NCBI GenBank assembly: GCA_963702025.1
Contig: OY969699.1
Coordinates: 1,248,001-1,312,000 of the forward strand
Source of the DNA: an uncultured bacterium
Lineage (GTDB): Bacteria; Babelota; Babeliae; Babelales; Vermiphilaceae
Length of the DNA: 64,000 nucleotides
Direction of reading: 5' to 3'
The notes under the pieces are model-generated. The model was not told where the DNA came from, did no database searches, and was given only the letters and a program-made list of their open reading frames with translations. Made by a program: the position numbers and the translations under genes. Shown here one piece after another: positions 27,927-37,544 of this stretch. How positions within the stretch are numbered: position 1 is the first letter of the stretch; each line of letters starts with the position of its first letter.

Positions 27927-30134
27927 CTATTTCTCTTTTTTAGATCTTTTGATTACCTCTTGTATTTCCTCTTGCTCAGTCGGCTGCATAATTTCTTCCT
28001 CCTCCGGTTCGGCAAGCGTTATTTCTTCCTCTTCTTCTTGTTTTTTCTTACGCTTTAACTGTGGCGCCGGTTTTGCTTCGGGTTTTATTGAAGCTGCAAC
28101 AGCCGGTTGTGGTGGCAGCACAATACCTGCATTTTTTTGAATCTCATCTAGAATTTCAGCAAGCGAAGATACTTGAGGAATAAAACAATTATATATCTCA
28201 CTTTGCTTCTCCGTCGCGGTGGGAATACTCAAAACAATATGATTGCTATCGAGTATTGCAAAATGTTTAACCAAAGTTGGTTGCCATTCTTTTACTTTTT
28301 TCATTAGCTTGATATTAACAAGTGCCAAAAACAGTTCCTGAGCATTTGAAGAATGTCTTATATAGTGATAATCTGCTATCAAAAAATCATGGGTTAATGG
28401 TTGCAATTTCGACCCGCTAAGAGTATATAGGTTCGGACCTCTTATATTAACAAAATCATGCAGTGTTGCATGAGCATAATCCAAAACATTCAGATCAAAA
28501 AACTGTATCCCATTATAAAAATGCCAATTGAAGCCGCCGGGAACTATAGCTGTTCTATATTCATATGCAAACATAAAGTGACTCGGATCAATTTTAGTGA
28601 TACGTAATTTTGAAAAGAGGAGTTCTTCTTTTGAATTAAAAGGTAATTTCCACGAATATAATTTCTTTCCTGCCACATCCCACAGCTCAAGCTCTCCGGG
28701 ATTAGTTTTGCGGCTGACGAGAATATGATTTTCATCCACCACACATTGCGCAAAAATTTTAGTAGGGTTTTTTAACCTTGTTATTTGTCCGGCTTTCGAT
28801 AAGTCCAAAATATCTATACTTTCACCGGCCCTTATTAAAAGCTGCGTTTCACTTAAAGCCTGAAGACCCTCAATGCTCGATAATTTTAAGACTTCATTGA
28901 ACACTATCTTTTTATCAAATAAATCCCAAATGATGAGTCTCTTTCCTGATCGCTTATGCAATACCGCATATCGTTTACCAAGGGGATCCAATTGCCATTC
29001 ACTACTATAATACCGGACACTTGGATCTTTATACGAACCAATTTTACTAACTCGCCCGGACATTCCATCAATAGTACTTATCTCTAACGACCCTCCGCCC
29101 AAGTGAACAATTAATCCAACCCGTCCATCTGTTAAAGAAAACAGGTCATGTTCTTGCGAAATGGTTGTTATTAACTTTTTGAATAAGGGAGATTCATCCA
29201 GTGCGTCAAAGCGCTCTTTGATTTTCTGGGCCACTGAAGATAATTCCGGAGATAACAGCAGGGTTCTAAAATTTGGTTGCTCACGCAGAATTTCGGCAAT
29301 GTTTGCAGTGATGAATTTGATGATTTTATCAGTAATACGCTCTAAATACATTTTATTGATTTCAAGAATCTTTGCCGCAGGATCATGCATTATTTGCACA
29401 AGCCATTCTAGGGCCTTTGCGCAATTTTTTGGCGTAAGATCAACATGCTGCAAATAAACGAGCTGTGACCGAATGGAAAGTCCGGCTTGCGTTAGATTTT
29501 TGAATATTTCCGGATCAGTGAAATCCAATTGCTCAGCCGCAATGCGCCCAAGCGGCTGTTCAAGGTAGAAAATGCCCCACAGCGATGCATGGTTAAATAA
29601 CGGTAATAGATAATCACCAATATTTGGCAACCCTTCGATAATTTTTTGCAAGGCCAGAATTTGCTGTCCTGCTTTTTTTCCCGCCCAATCCTTCACTTGC
29701 GCAACGATTTTTGCTTTTTCTTGCGCTTCAACCGCCTCCTGGCCCGCCGGCATTACAATGTTTGACCATTTCTCATGCATTGTTTTTTTATACTGCTTTT
29801 CTTCTTCATTCGCCAGTTCTTGCAATTTCACCATCTTTTCAAACATAGTTTTAAAATAAGCAAGCGCCTCACCATTCAGATCATCAATAACAATCGTGCC
29901 GGTGCGCCCTTCTTTAAATTGCGGATTAAATTTTTCGAACAATCCCGGCGCATATTTTTGAATGAGCGCTTTACTGATTTCAACCGATTTGCCATCAGTT
30001 CCCTCCAAAATAAAATTACCCTGCAATACCGGCACGGCAACAGGTTGGGCCAGCGGTGCGGGAATCGACGGCTGACTTGAATACAGAAAAGCAGATAACA
30101 AAATAAAAACAAAAAAAATCGATCTATTTTTCAT
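27927..30134 (-). CDS. Exported protein with BTB/POZ-like N-terminus, WD40-like beta-propeller and NLS/acidic tail
   Basis: FILEGTDGKSVEI...FKEGRTGTIVIDDLNGEAL resembles BTB. LIIWDL, IDILDL, LELWDV and IQFFDL look like blade ends. LKRKKK precedes an E-rich tail. Confidence 0.7.
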   Translation of the reverse strand: MKNRSIFFVFILLSAFLYSSQPSIPAPLAQPVAVPVLQGNFILEGTDGKSVEISKALIQKYAPGLFEKFNPQFKEGRTGTIVIDDLNGEALAYFKTMFEKMVKLQELANEEEKQYKKTMHEKWSNIVMPAGQEAVEAQEKAKIVAQVKDWAGKKAGQQILALQKIIEGLPNIGDYLLPLFNHASLWGIFYLEQPLGRIAAEQLDFTDPEIFKNLTQAGLSIRSQLVYLQHVDLTPKNCAKALEWLVQIMHDPAAKILEINKMYLERITDKIIKFITANIAEILREQPNFRTLLLSPELSSVAQKIKERFDALDESPLFKKLITTISQEHDLFSLTDGRVGLIVHLGGGSLEISTIDGMSGRVSKIGSYKDPSVRYYSSEWQLDPLGKRYAVLHKRSGKRLIIWDLFDKKIVFNEVLKLSSIEGLQALSETQLLIRAGESIDILDLSKAGQITRLKNPTKIFAQCVVDENHILVSRKTNPGELELWDVAGKKLYSWKLPFNSKEELLFSKLRITKIDPSHFMFAYEYRTAIVPGGFNWHFYNGIQFFDLNVLDYAHATLHDFVNIRGPNLYTLSGSKLQPLTHDFLIADYHYIRHSSNAQELFLALVNIKLMKKVKEWQPTLVKHFAILDSNHIVLSIPTATEKQSEIYNCFIPQVSSLAEILDEIQKNAGIVLPPQPAVAASIKPEAKPAPQLKRKKKQEEEEEITLAEPEEEEIMQPTEQEEIQEVIKRSKKEK

Positions 30135-30214
30135 GATAATCCCCTTTAAGAACTATCATTACTCTAATACACCGATTTTTTTAAAAGCAATAATCAATCT
30201 TTATTGCATATGCT

Positions 30215-30634
30215 TCATTTGTTCAATGCCTTGCTGGCATCGCTGGCAGCGCTATCTCTCACGGCATGTTTTGCATACAATTCCGCAGTTTTCTTATTTT
30301 CGTCACATCCGGCGTTACCAACTGCCTCCATTACATCTTCATATACTCTCCAAGATGGATAGCCTCTATCAAATCTTCTGTCAGCAAAATTAATATGCTT
30401 TATAGCATTTTCAATGTTGCCATGGCATTCTTTTCTATCTCTGCATTGATAAGGGCATTTTGTGTTGGGAAAACTGCTAGAACTTGCCGTAAACCGTTTA
30501 TGCAAGAGTATTGAGCTTAATTTCAATGACAAGTTAGGATATTTTTTTTGCAAAGTGTTCCACGGCGGTGCCAAATGTACCATCCCAAATGCTGATGAAC
30601 TAAAGAGAGCAAGATATAACAAAGAAACTTTCAT
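30215..30634 (-). CDS. Small exported hypothetical protein
   Basis: Signal peptide ending in SAFG, then Met; Cys cluster CPYQC...EC. Confidence 0.65.
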   Translation of the reverse strand: MKVSLLYLALFSSSAFGMVHLAPPWNTLQKKYPNLSLKLSSILLHKRFTASSSSFPNTKCPYQCRDRKECHGNIENAIKHINFADRRFDRGYPSWRVYEDVMEAVGNAGCDENKKTAELYAKHAVRDSAASDASKALNK

Positions 30635-30772
30635 GATTACTATTCCTTACTGTATGTTATAAAAATATTTCTTCAAAAAATGCTTTTCAAGATATTGTAA
30701 TAAACTTGATAGCAAGTTTAAAGAAAAATAATTTTATTAAAAGATAGTTTGAGCAACATTTTTCGATTCCTC

Positions 30773-32512
30773 TTACCGCTTAACAAACTGATCTTTATAC
30801 AGGTGCTCAATTTCTGAAATCGTAGTAGCCTCTGTGGCACTTTTATCAGTGCGATAGCCCATAAAGCGGGGGAACCGTAATGCAAATCCTTGCCTGCTTT
30901 CGGTGCGCGCGGCGCTGTGCAAAGGAGAAATAGTAATTTCATCTGCACGGATGCGGCAGACTATCTGCGGATCAACCCATACATCCGGATATAATTCCTT
31001 AACGCAGATTACATTTTTGGGCTGTTCTTTAACTTTTATCGCGTCGCATTTATACTTTAATTCTTTCCAGTCTTCGTCTTTTAATCCGGTGCCAATTTTT
31101 GCAATTGTTTCAAACCGATCCTCTTTTTTATGGTAAACTCCAACCAAAAATGCACCGACGCCAAAATGTACCCGTTTCCCTTCGCCTGCATAATAGCCAA
31201 GAATCACACAATCAATAGTATCTTCTAAATGCCCCTCTTCTTGGCGCTTTAATTTGATCCAATTAAAATTCCGTTTACCCGGCTGATAAACCGCATCGGT
31301 CCGTTTTACCACTAATCCTTCAAGCCCGGAAGCAATATTATCATTAAAATAATCTTCAAGCTCTTTGGCAGTATTCACTTTTTTTTCTTCAATGATACGA
31401 ATTAAAGGATTATTAAGATCAAATACCTGCCGCAATAGTTTGCGCCGTTCTTCATGCGTATTGGCCATAACCTCTTTGCCATTTAAATACATAATATCGA
31501 AAATAAATACTTGGAGGGGAAAATCCTTGATCGCTTCTTCAATGTCATGCTTACGTTTACGCTTGACCGTTTCTTGAAACTTAGAAAAACTACCGGTATT
31601 GGGATCATAGACTATCGCCTCCCCTTCGCAAATAATGCTTTTAACATCCAGTTTTTCAAACGCGGCTGTTAAATCGGGAAACATAGCAGACATATCCTGC
31701 AAATTACGAGAATAAAAATGGATCACCGGCTTTGGTTTTGTGTTATCAACGTGGATTTGTAAACGAAAGCCATCCAGCTTGGCCTGCGCTTGGCATGGGC
31801 CGATTTTTTCAATAATGGCAGCAGCAGTGGGCAACCGCTCTGCAGCCGCCGGCAAAATAGGAATGCCAACTTGCGCATGAACCTTTTCAATTTTTTGTAT
31901 GCCATGCTCTTTAAGATCTTGCGCGATTAAGCCAATATCGGCACATCTATTATACGCATCTTCAATTATACCACGCAGCGATTTATCACCCGCCTCCATC
32001 CATGAAAGCGCGTCAACTATTGTCATGTCAGAAAACCCAAGACGTAATTTGCCAATAATAATGCGCACAATATAACGCGCAGAAAGTGGATCAACCTGCT
32101 TGAGCAATGCCACGAGTGCATTATTCTTTTCTTCTTGTGATCCGGTACCGGAAATCTCCTCGATGGCGCAGAGTTTATTATACACTTCGAGAATCGTTAA
32201 TTCATCGTTGGCATGCCATGCATCCTGTTCGATTACTAGACCAAGGTCCCCGGCTTTTTTTGCCTGTTCATTAATGGTGCTATCCGCACGATCTAAAAGT
32301 ACCACCAATGCTTTGGCAACATTTTTTTCTGCTAAATTAAACTTGGTGCCAATATAGGGCGCATGCAATTGCCCTAGGGAAAGATTGCAGATAATATGTG
32401 CCTCATGCGGCGTTGATTTTTTGAGCAGGTTCGCAAGGAGGCGCGTCATTTCCAAGCGTCCGCTCACCTGCTCAATCTCAAAAAACGATTGGCTCACATC
32501 TTTAAATTTCAT
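30773..32512 (-). CDS. ATP-dependent DNA ligase (with DNA-binding domain, archaeal/LigB type)
   Basis: KLDGFR adenylation motif, EGE, FDIMYLNG, EGLVVK, WIKLK and ALRFPRF. Confidence 0.95.
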   Translation of the reverse strand: MKFKDVSQSFFEIEQVSGRLEMTRLLANLLKKSTPHEAHIICNLSLGQLHAPYIGTKFNLAEKNVAKALVVLLDRADSTINEQAKKAGDLGLVIEQDAWHANDELTILEVYNKLCAIEEISGTGSQEEKNNALVALLKQVDPLSARYIVRIIIGKLRLGFSDMTIVDALSWMEAGDKSLRGIIEDAYNRCADIGLIAQDLKEHGIQKIEKVHAQVGIPILPAAAERLPTAAAIIEKIGPCQAQAKLDGFRLQIHVDNTKPKPVIHFYSRNLQDMSAMFPDLTAAFEKLDVKSIICEGEAIVYDPNTGSFSKFQETVKRKRKHDIEEAIKDFPLQVFIFDIMYLNGKEVMANTHEERRKLLRQVFDLNNPLIRIIEEKKVNTAKELEDYFNDNIASGLEGLVVKRTDAVYQPGKRNFNWIKLKRQEEGHLEDTIDCVILGYYAGEGKRVHFGVGAFLVGVYHKKEDRFETIAKIGTGLKDEDWKELKYKCDAIKVKEQPKNVICVKELYPDVWVDPQIVCRIRADEITISPLHSAARTESRQGFALRFPRFMGYRTDKSATEATTISEIEHLYKDQFVKR

Positions 32513-32618
32513 TCTTTACCTTATGCTAATGTTTTTCTTCTCTATAAATATACAGTAATCTGTATGTAAAAATTTGTAAAAGATAGTACGCGCTTGGTAT
32601 TACACAAAGGGACATTAC

Positions 32619-33119
32619 ATGAATTCTCTTGAATTATTAAAGAAAAAGTTTGCTGATTTGGCTATTACCGTGAATTATTATGAGCATGCGCCAATATTTA
32701 CCGCTGAAGATGGCATTAAACACACTGCCACCATTCCGGGACTTGCTGCTAAAAACCTCTTTTTATGTGATAAAACCAACAAACTTTGGCTCGTTGTAAT
32801 GCCCTATTATCTCAAATTAAACGCACGAAAACTAGCCGCTCTTAGTGGAGCATCTGAATTGCAATTTGCCAAGCCAGAACAGCTGCAGCAATACTTGGGA
32901 ATCACACCGGGTTCTGTTACCCCTTTGGCTCTTATTAACGATCTTAAACATGAAGTTACCGTAATTTTAGATGAAACATTATTAGCAAAAGATCTGATTC
33001 AAATCCACCCTTTACGTAATGATATGAGCGTAACTATAAGGCCACAAGATCTTTTGAAATTTATCGAATCATGTGGCAACCACTTTAAAATAGTAAATCT
33101 CGAATCACTACAGAAATAA
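32619..33119 (+). CDS. YbaK/ProX aminoacyl-tRNA deacylase (ProXp-ala-like)
   Basis: KNLFL, LGITPGSVTPLALIND and HPLRND. Confidence 0.9.
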   Translation: MNSLELLKKKFADLAITVNYYEHAPIFTAEDGIKHTATIPGLAAKNLFLCDKTNKLWLVVMPYYLKLNARKLAALSGASELQFAKPEQLQQYLGITPGSVTPLALINDLKHEVTVILDETLLAKDLIQIHPLRNDMSVTIRPQDLLKFIESCGNHFKIVNLESLQK

Positions 33120-33196
33120 CGATTTCTATTTATTATTGAAAATAGTTTTTGTACTCCATTACTATAAGCTGTAATACCACAAAAGAGGAGAATGGT

Positions 33197-34099
33197 ATGA
33201 ACTTTATTTCTCGACGTTTCGTATTATTTATTTTACTTGCAACATGCTCAATAGCTCAGCAAACAGAGGGGTTTGGTGACGGATGTTGCGCAACCAGTTG
33301 CTATGAATGCTCATGCGAACCGCTTTATTGCGGTGCATTTGGGGTACTAATTCAGGGTGGTTTTCGACCAATTATTTGGAGAAATCGCGGCAACTTTTTT
33401 GGAGTAAATTGCGTAACAGCTGCAACTAATAGCCAAATAACGGTATTGGAAGAGATCCCAAAATTTAGACATTTTTATAAATACCCTTGGGAAGTTGGCG
33501 GTCAATTAAGCTATGCATTATCATGCAATACCAATGTATTTGTAGAAGTAAACTATGCGCAAGCACGAAATAAAAAAGAGTGTAATGTGTTCACCACTAC
33601 CGGATTTCAGTGCGCCAACCCAATTAATCCCGTAAGCGGTCTTGCAATCAATTTGAGCAAATATAAAATTATTGATGCGTATGTTGGGGCAAATTATTAT
33701 TTTAATCGCTGGTGCGATCGTGTTGCGTTTTTCTTTGGCGGCAAGGTAGGGTTGGTGCACCATAATAAAGTCCACTATAATTCGCTAACTGCGGGATTTA
33801 ATTGCAGCACGGGCGGATCAGTTATCTATTGTACCACCAATACAAATAAAGATTTTTTCTTATCCAATACAGTAGTAGCAGGTGGTGCACAAGCTGGATT
33901 TGATATTTGTTTTTGTGGCAACTGGTCACTCGTAGTAACAGGGAATGTTATCGCCAGTTGTGGTCCCAAAAGCATTGATTCGATTGCATTAAATACCACT
34001 GACATGCTGAATTTGAATGGTGTATCTACTTTGTTGATAGGGCATGTAGAAACTGAACTTGCATTCCCCATCTTGGTTGGCATTAAATATAACTTTTAA
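33197..34099 (+). CDS. Cys-rich exported protein, probable outer-membrane beta-barrel
   Basis: Signal peptide, alternating beta-strand pattern and C-terminal GIKYNF. GAGGAG RBS. Confidence 0.65.
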   Translation: MNFISRRFVLFILLATCSIAQQTEGFGDGCCATSCYECSCEPLYCGAFGVLIQGGFRPIIWRNRGNFFGVNCVTAATNSQITVLEEIPKFRHFYKYPWEVGGQLSYALSCNTNVFVEVNYAQARNKKECNVFTTTGFQCANPINPVSGLAINLSKYKIIDAYVGANYYFNRWCDRVAFFFGGKVGLVHHNKVHYNSLTAGFNCSTGGSVIYCTTNTNKDFFLSNTVVAGGAQAGFDICFCGNWSLVVTGNVIASCGPKSIDSIALNTTDMLNLNGVSTLLIGHVETELAFPILVGIKYNF

Positions 34100-34138
34100 T
34101 CGATAACAATCAAAATTGTGCCCATAAAGGAGTAAATA

Positions 34139-35251
34139 ATGAAAATAATAACATTTCTAATAACATTCTTGACCTCTCTATCTCTTTATACCGATATAAA
34201 AGCATCCTGTTGTGTAACTCCTGCTACTTGTACCACCATAGAACAATGCATAACGGTACCGGCGCGTATGATCGGCGATTTTCTCATTCCTGCCGCAAGT
34301 ATTTTCGTGCGCCAACAATATGTCAATCCCAATGCACCGGTGCTTTTATTCGTACATACGGCCGGCTGGGATGCTGACGAATGGCTCTGCCAGCAAGCAC
34401 AATTTTGCAGCTGTTTTAATACCATCGCTCTTGACTTACGAGGACATGGCAGATCAACCTTAACGCCGGCGCTTCCTGCTGCAGGCGGGATTAACTATAC
34501 ACTCGATATTTTTGTTGAAGATATTAATGTTGTTTTAACGACCCTCGGCGTAACAAGTCTTATTTGGGTGGGCAGTTCTATTGGTTCTAGAATAGCAGTC
34601 ACCTACAATGCTACTTTCCCTGGCATGATTACTAAAATGGTATTGAGCACCATGAATCCATTTGATTATAACACGGATCCGGCATGTTCAGTTGGCACTT
34701 TTCCCGATTGTTCAGTTGCACCGCCTCCATGCTATCAGTTTCCTGCAATAACTACCTGTTTTTACGATTTCCTTGCAACGCTCGTAACCGAGGTGCCATT
34801 CCCTGAGTTTGCTGCCATTCTTGCGACACAGATTTTCTTTACCGAGCCAAATTGTCTTGCACAATTACAAAACGCACAAAACTCATATATTGAGGCCCAA
34901 GTCCAACAGGGCCCAGATATTTTATTTAGTATTATTAATAATGCCTTAACTACTGATCAAAGACCATTACTTCCGGCAATCACTATCCCGGTACTTATTT
35001 GTCAAGGAACTGCCGATATGGGAAATCCGCCCGGCACTGGTGAGTATGTCCAAAGTCTAATTCCCAATTCTATTTTGGCTTTATTTGAAAATAAATGCCA
35101 TTTATTAGTAGCTACAGCCTTCTCGAGCTTTGATAGCCTCGTTGCAAAATTTATCAACGGCTGCCCATTGCCAACCACAATAACTATTCCCGATACCGGC
35201 TGCAATATTTGTCCACTCATTACACCAGTACCATTGGTTACCTGTACATAA
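34139..35251 (+). CDS. Cys-rich exported alpha/beta hydrolase
   Basis: LLFVH, DLRGHGRS, GSSIG nucleophile elbow, G..D acid and distal His. Confidence 0.85.
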   Translation: MKIITFLITFLTSLSLYTDIKASCCVTPATCTTIEQCITVPARMIGDFLIPAASIFVRQQYVNPNAPVLLFVHTAGWDADEWLCQQAQFCSCFNTIALDLRGHGRSTLTPALPAAGGINYTLDIFVEDINVVLTTLGVTSLIWVGSSIGSRIAVTYNATFPGMITKMVLSTMNPFDYNTDPACSVGTFPDCSVAPPPCYQFPAITTCFYDFLATLVTEVPFPEFAAILATQIFFTEPNCLAQLQNAQNSYIEAQVQQGPDILFSIINNALTTDQRPLLPAITIPVLICQGTADMGNPPGTGEYVQSLIPNSILALFENKCHLLVATAFSSFDSLVAKFINGCPLPTTITIPDTGCNICPLITPVPLVTCT

Positions 35252-35275
35252 TAGTTATCTGAAAAACTAAGACGT

Positions 35276-35309
35276 AAAAAGGGATTCGTTTTATCGAATC
35301 CCTTTTTTT
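35276..35309. terminator. Bidirectional rho-independent terminator
   Basis: AAAAAGGGATTCG-loop-CGAATCCCTTTTTTT. Confidence 0.85.
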
Positions 35310-35376
35310 AATTTCTTCTGGAGAATTGACTCTACTTCGCACCTACGGATCCCTCGACCCTGCTCGGGAGTAAACA

Positions 35377-35432
35377 GTCCTTCCGCTCATCCTGAGTAGA
35401 AAACGCAGTTTTCGTATCGAAGGACGAAGGAC
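35377..35432. repeat. REP-like element, same family as 20637-20720
   Basis: CCGCTCATCCTGAG...TCGAAGGA, with an inserted GAAAAC-GCA-GTTTTC hairpin. Confidence 0.65.
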
Positions 35433-35479
35433 AGCCGACGCATTTTGCTATCAAACTTTATGTTACTTCCTTAAGTATT

Positions 35480-35514
35480 GGCGAAGCCAGGCGTAGCCCC
35501 TTGTGGGCGAAGAC
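35480..35514 (-). repeat. tRNA 3'-trailer hairpin repeat (tRNA-Met)
   Basis: (CCA)GTCTTCGC...GCTACGCCTGG; equivalents follow the other two tRNAs. Confidence 0.7.
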
Positions 35515-35591
35515 TGGTGGCTACGCAGGGATTCGAACCCCGGACCTACGGATTATGATTCCGCCGCTCTAACCAACTGAGCTACGTAGCC
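35515..35591 (-). tRNA. tRNA-Met (CAT), elongator type
   Basis: Cloverleaf GGCTACGTAGCTCAGTTGG...TCATAA...GGTTCGAATCC...GTAGCCACCA with an elongator-Met acceptor stem. Confidence 0.93.
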
Positions 35592-35627
35592 TAAAAATGG
35601 AAATTTTTGATATACCTTAATTATACA

Positions 35628-37187
35628 TTAAATACGTAATTTTTGAATATTAAATGTATTTAAAATGAAGGTAAATGTTGATCTCAAGAAAAACAGACCG
35701 GTAATCAGTGTTGAAATGATACCAAGCATCATAGTTACTGCAAAACCTTTGATAGGACCAGTACCAAAATAAAATAATACTGCACCGACAATAAAGGTGG
35801 TAATATTTGCATCCAAAATAACCACCAATGCATCAGAAAAACCACTATCTACTGCTTTTCTAATAGTGGCCCCATGTGATAAGGCTTCTCTGATTTGTTC
35901 GTAAATCAAAATAGAAGCATCAATTGCCATACCAACCGTGAGCACCAATCCCGCAATTCCCGGCAATGTTAATGTAGCCCTTAAAAAAGACATTGCGACG
36001 AGGATTAACAGCAAGTTATATAACAAGGTAATAAATGCCAAAATCCCACATGCTTTATAAAATACAATGCTGAACACCAAGAGTAACGCTAAGCCAACTA
36101 AGCAAGAAATCAAACCTTGTCTAATCGATTCGGCACCCAGTGATGGGCCAATCTGGCGCTCTTCTTCGAAAGTCACCGGAGCAACAAAGGCACCGGAGTT
36201 GAGCAAGGTGGCCAATTGTTTTGCGGCATCAACGGTAAAACCGCCTTCGATCTTCCCACTATCACGAATTGCAACATTGATATTTGGCGCCATGACAACT
36301 TTACCATCAAGAACAACAGCCAAACGTTTGCCAACGTTTTTGCTCGTTAAATCATAGAATTTATTGCCACCCTCGCTGGTCAAATTAAAAATCACCACCG
36401 GCTCAGCACCCATTTTACTTTGATCAAGGGTTGCTTGCGCAGAACGTAAATCTTTACCGCTCACTTCGGCAAACTTAGAAACCAAATAATAAACTTCGGG
36501 TTTACCTTCAGCCTCTTGGCCGGGTAGAATTTCCATATCACCGGGTAAAATCCCATCAAGATCATACAAAATATCTTCGGGAGATCTGCCCACTTTTTCC
36601 ACAAGTTTAAACTCGAGAACTGCCGCTTTACCAATCATTTGCTTAGCTTGTTGTGGGTCAGATACATCGGGCAGTTCAACGATAATATTTTTTTCGCCCT
36701 GTGCAGCAATGGTAATTTCTTCCACACTTAATTTATTTAACCGGGTACGCAAAACTTCTACGTTACGCGCAACAGCATCTTCTTTTATTTTGTTCACAAT
36801 GCGTTCTGGCAATGTTAGGCGAATACTTTGATTATTGGTTACAATTTTTAGATCTTTTTCGTATGATTCAATAGCTGCCGCAGCTGCTTGCGTGGCAGCG
36901 GGAGAAGAAAAAGTTAAAACAATAGCATCTTTTTCTATATTTTTGGTTACCGGCTGTTCTTTGTTAGCATCTTTAAGTTTATTAGTTATGGCTTGCAACT
37001 TAGAAATGAGCTCAGTTTCTACCGCTTTATCTGTCTGTACTTCAAGAGTTATATAGGTTCCACCAACCAGATCTATGCCATAGCGAAGCGTTTTGCGTAA
37101 CGGCCATAACATATAGCAACATAATAAAGCTAATACTATCCAAAAAGAAAACCACGAGAATAATCCTCGTTGCGCAGTAACATTCAT
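35628..37187 (-). CDS. secD: Protein translocase subunit SecD
   Basis: GIDLVGG, IIVELP, IGPSLG, LTLPGIAG, GMAIDA, DANITT and GTGPIKGFA. Confidence 0.96.
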   Translation of the reverse strand: MNVTAQRGLFSWFSFWIVLALLCCYMLWPLRKTLRYGIDLVGGTYITLEVQTDKAVETELISKLQAITNKLKDANKEQPVTKNIEKDAIVLTFSSPAATQAAAAAIESYEKDLKIVTNNQSIRLTLPERIVNKIKEDAVARNVEVLRTRLNKLSVEEITIAAQGEKNIIVELPDVSDPQQAKQMIGKAAVLEFKLVEKVGRSPEDILYDLDGILPGDMEILPGQEAEGKPEVYYLVSKFAEVSGKDLRSAQATLDQSKMGAEPVVIFNLTSEGGNKFYDLTSKNVGKRLAVVLDGKVVMAPNINVAIRDSGKIEGGFTVDAAKQLATLLNSGAFVAPVTFEEERQIGPSLGAESIRQGLISCLVGLALLLVFSIVFYKACGILAFITLLYNLLLILVAMSFLRATLTLPGIAGLVLTVGMAIDASILIYEQIREALSHGATIRKAVDSGFSDALVVILDANITTFIVGAVLFYFGTGPIKGFAVTMMLGIISTLITGLFFLRSTFTFILNTFNIQKLRI

Positions 37188-37256
37188 TTGAGCTCCTCAC
37201 TACCGGCAGTAATATTAATCATATTTTTAACCATATTTTTTTAGTTTCATTAAAGA

Positions 37257-37283
37257 TGCTTCGACTCGCTCAGCACGAACGGA
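37257..37283. repeat. REP-like element, half copy of the 20637 family
   Basis: Reverse complement TCCGTTCGTGCTGAGCGAGTCGAAGCA resembles TCCGCTCATCCTGAGCTTGTCGAAGGA. Confidence 0.6.
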
Positions 37284-37340
37284 TTGAGGACAATCTTGTC
37301 TTTTTTCTACTAAACTTTATTTAAAATCAACCTTAAAAAT

Positions 37341-37394
37341 GCTGGCTGCGCCAGGCGTAGCTTGCCGAGCCGGAAGGCCCGGATAAGCGTAGAC
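37341..37394 (-). repeat. tRNA 3'-trailer hairpin repeat (tRNA-Leu)
   Basis: (CCA)GTCTACGCTTATCCGGGCCTTCCGGCTCGGCAAGCTACGCCTGG; a near copy lies at about 47624-47670 on the opposite strand. Confidence 0.7.
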
Positions 37395-37481
37395 TGGTGC
37401 CGAGGAGGGGACTCGAACCCCTACAGGATTTCTCCCGCAGCCACCTCAAGGCTGTGTGTATACCAGTTTCACCACCTCGGC
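37395..37481 (-). tRNA. tRNA-Leu (GAG)
   Basis: GCCGAGGTGGTGAAACTGG...CAGCC-TTGAGGT-GGCTG, long variable arm, GGTTCGAGTCC and CCA. Confidence 0.95.
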
Positions 37482-37544
37482 AATTTCAAAATAAGCACAA
37501 GAAACTGTATCACAAAAAAAGGCGGTAATCAAACGTTATTAACG

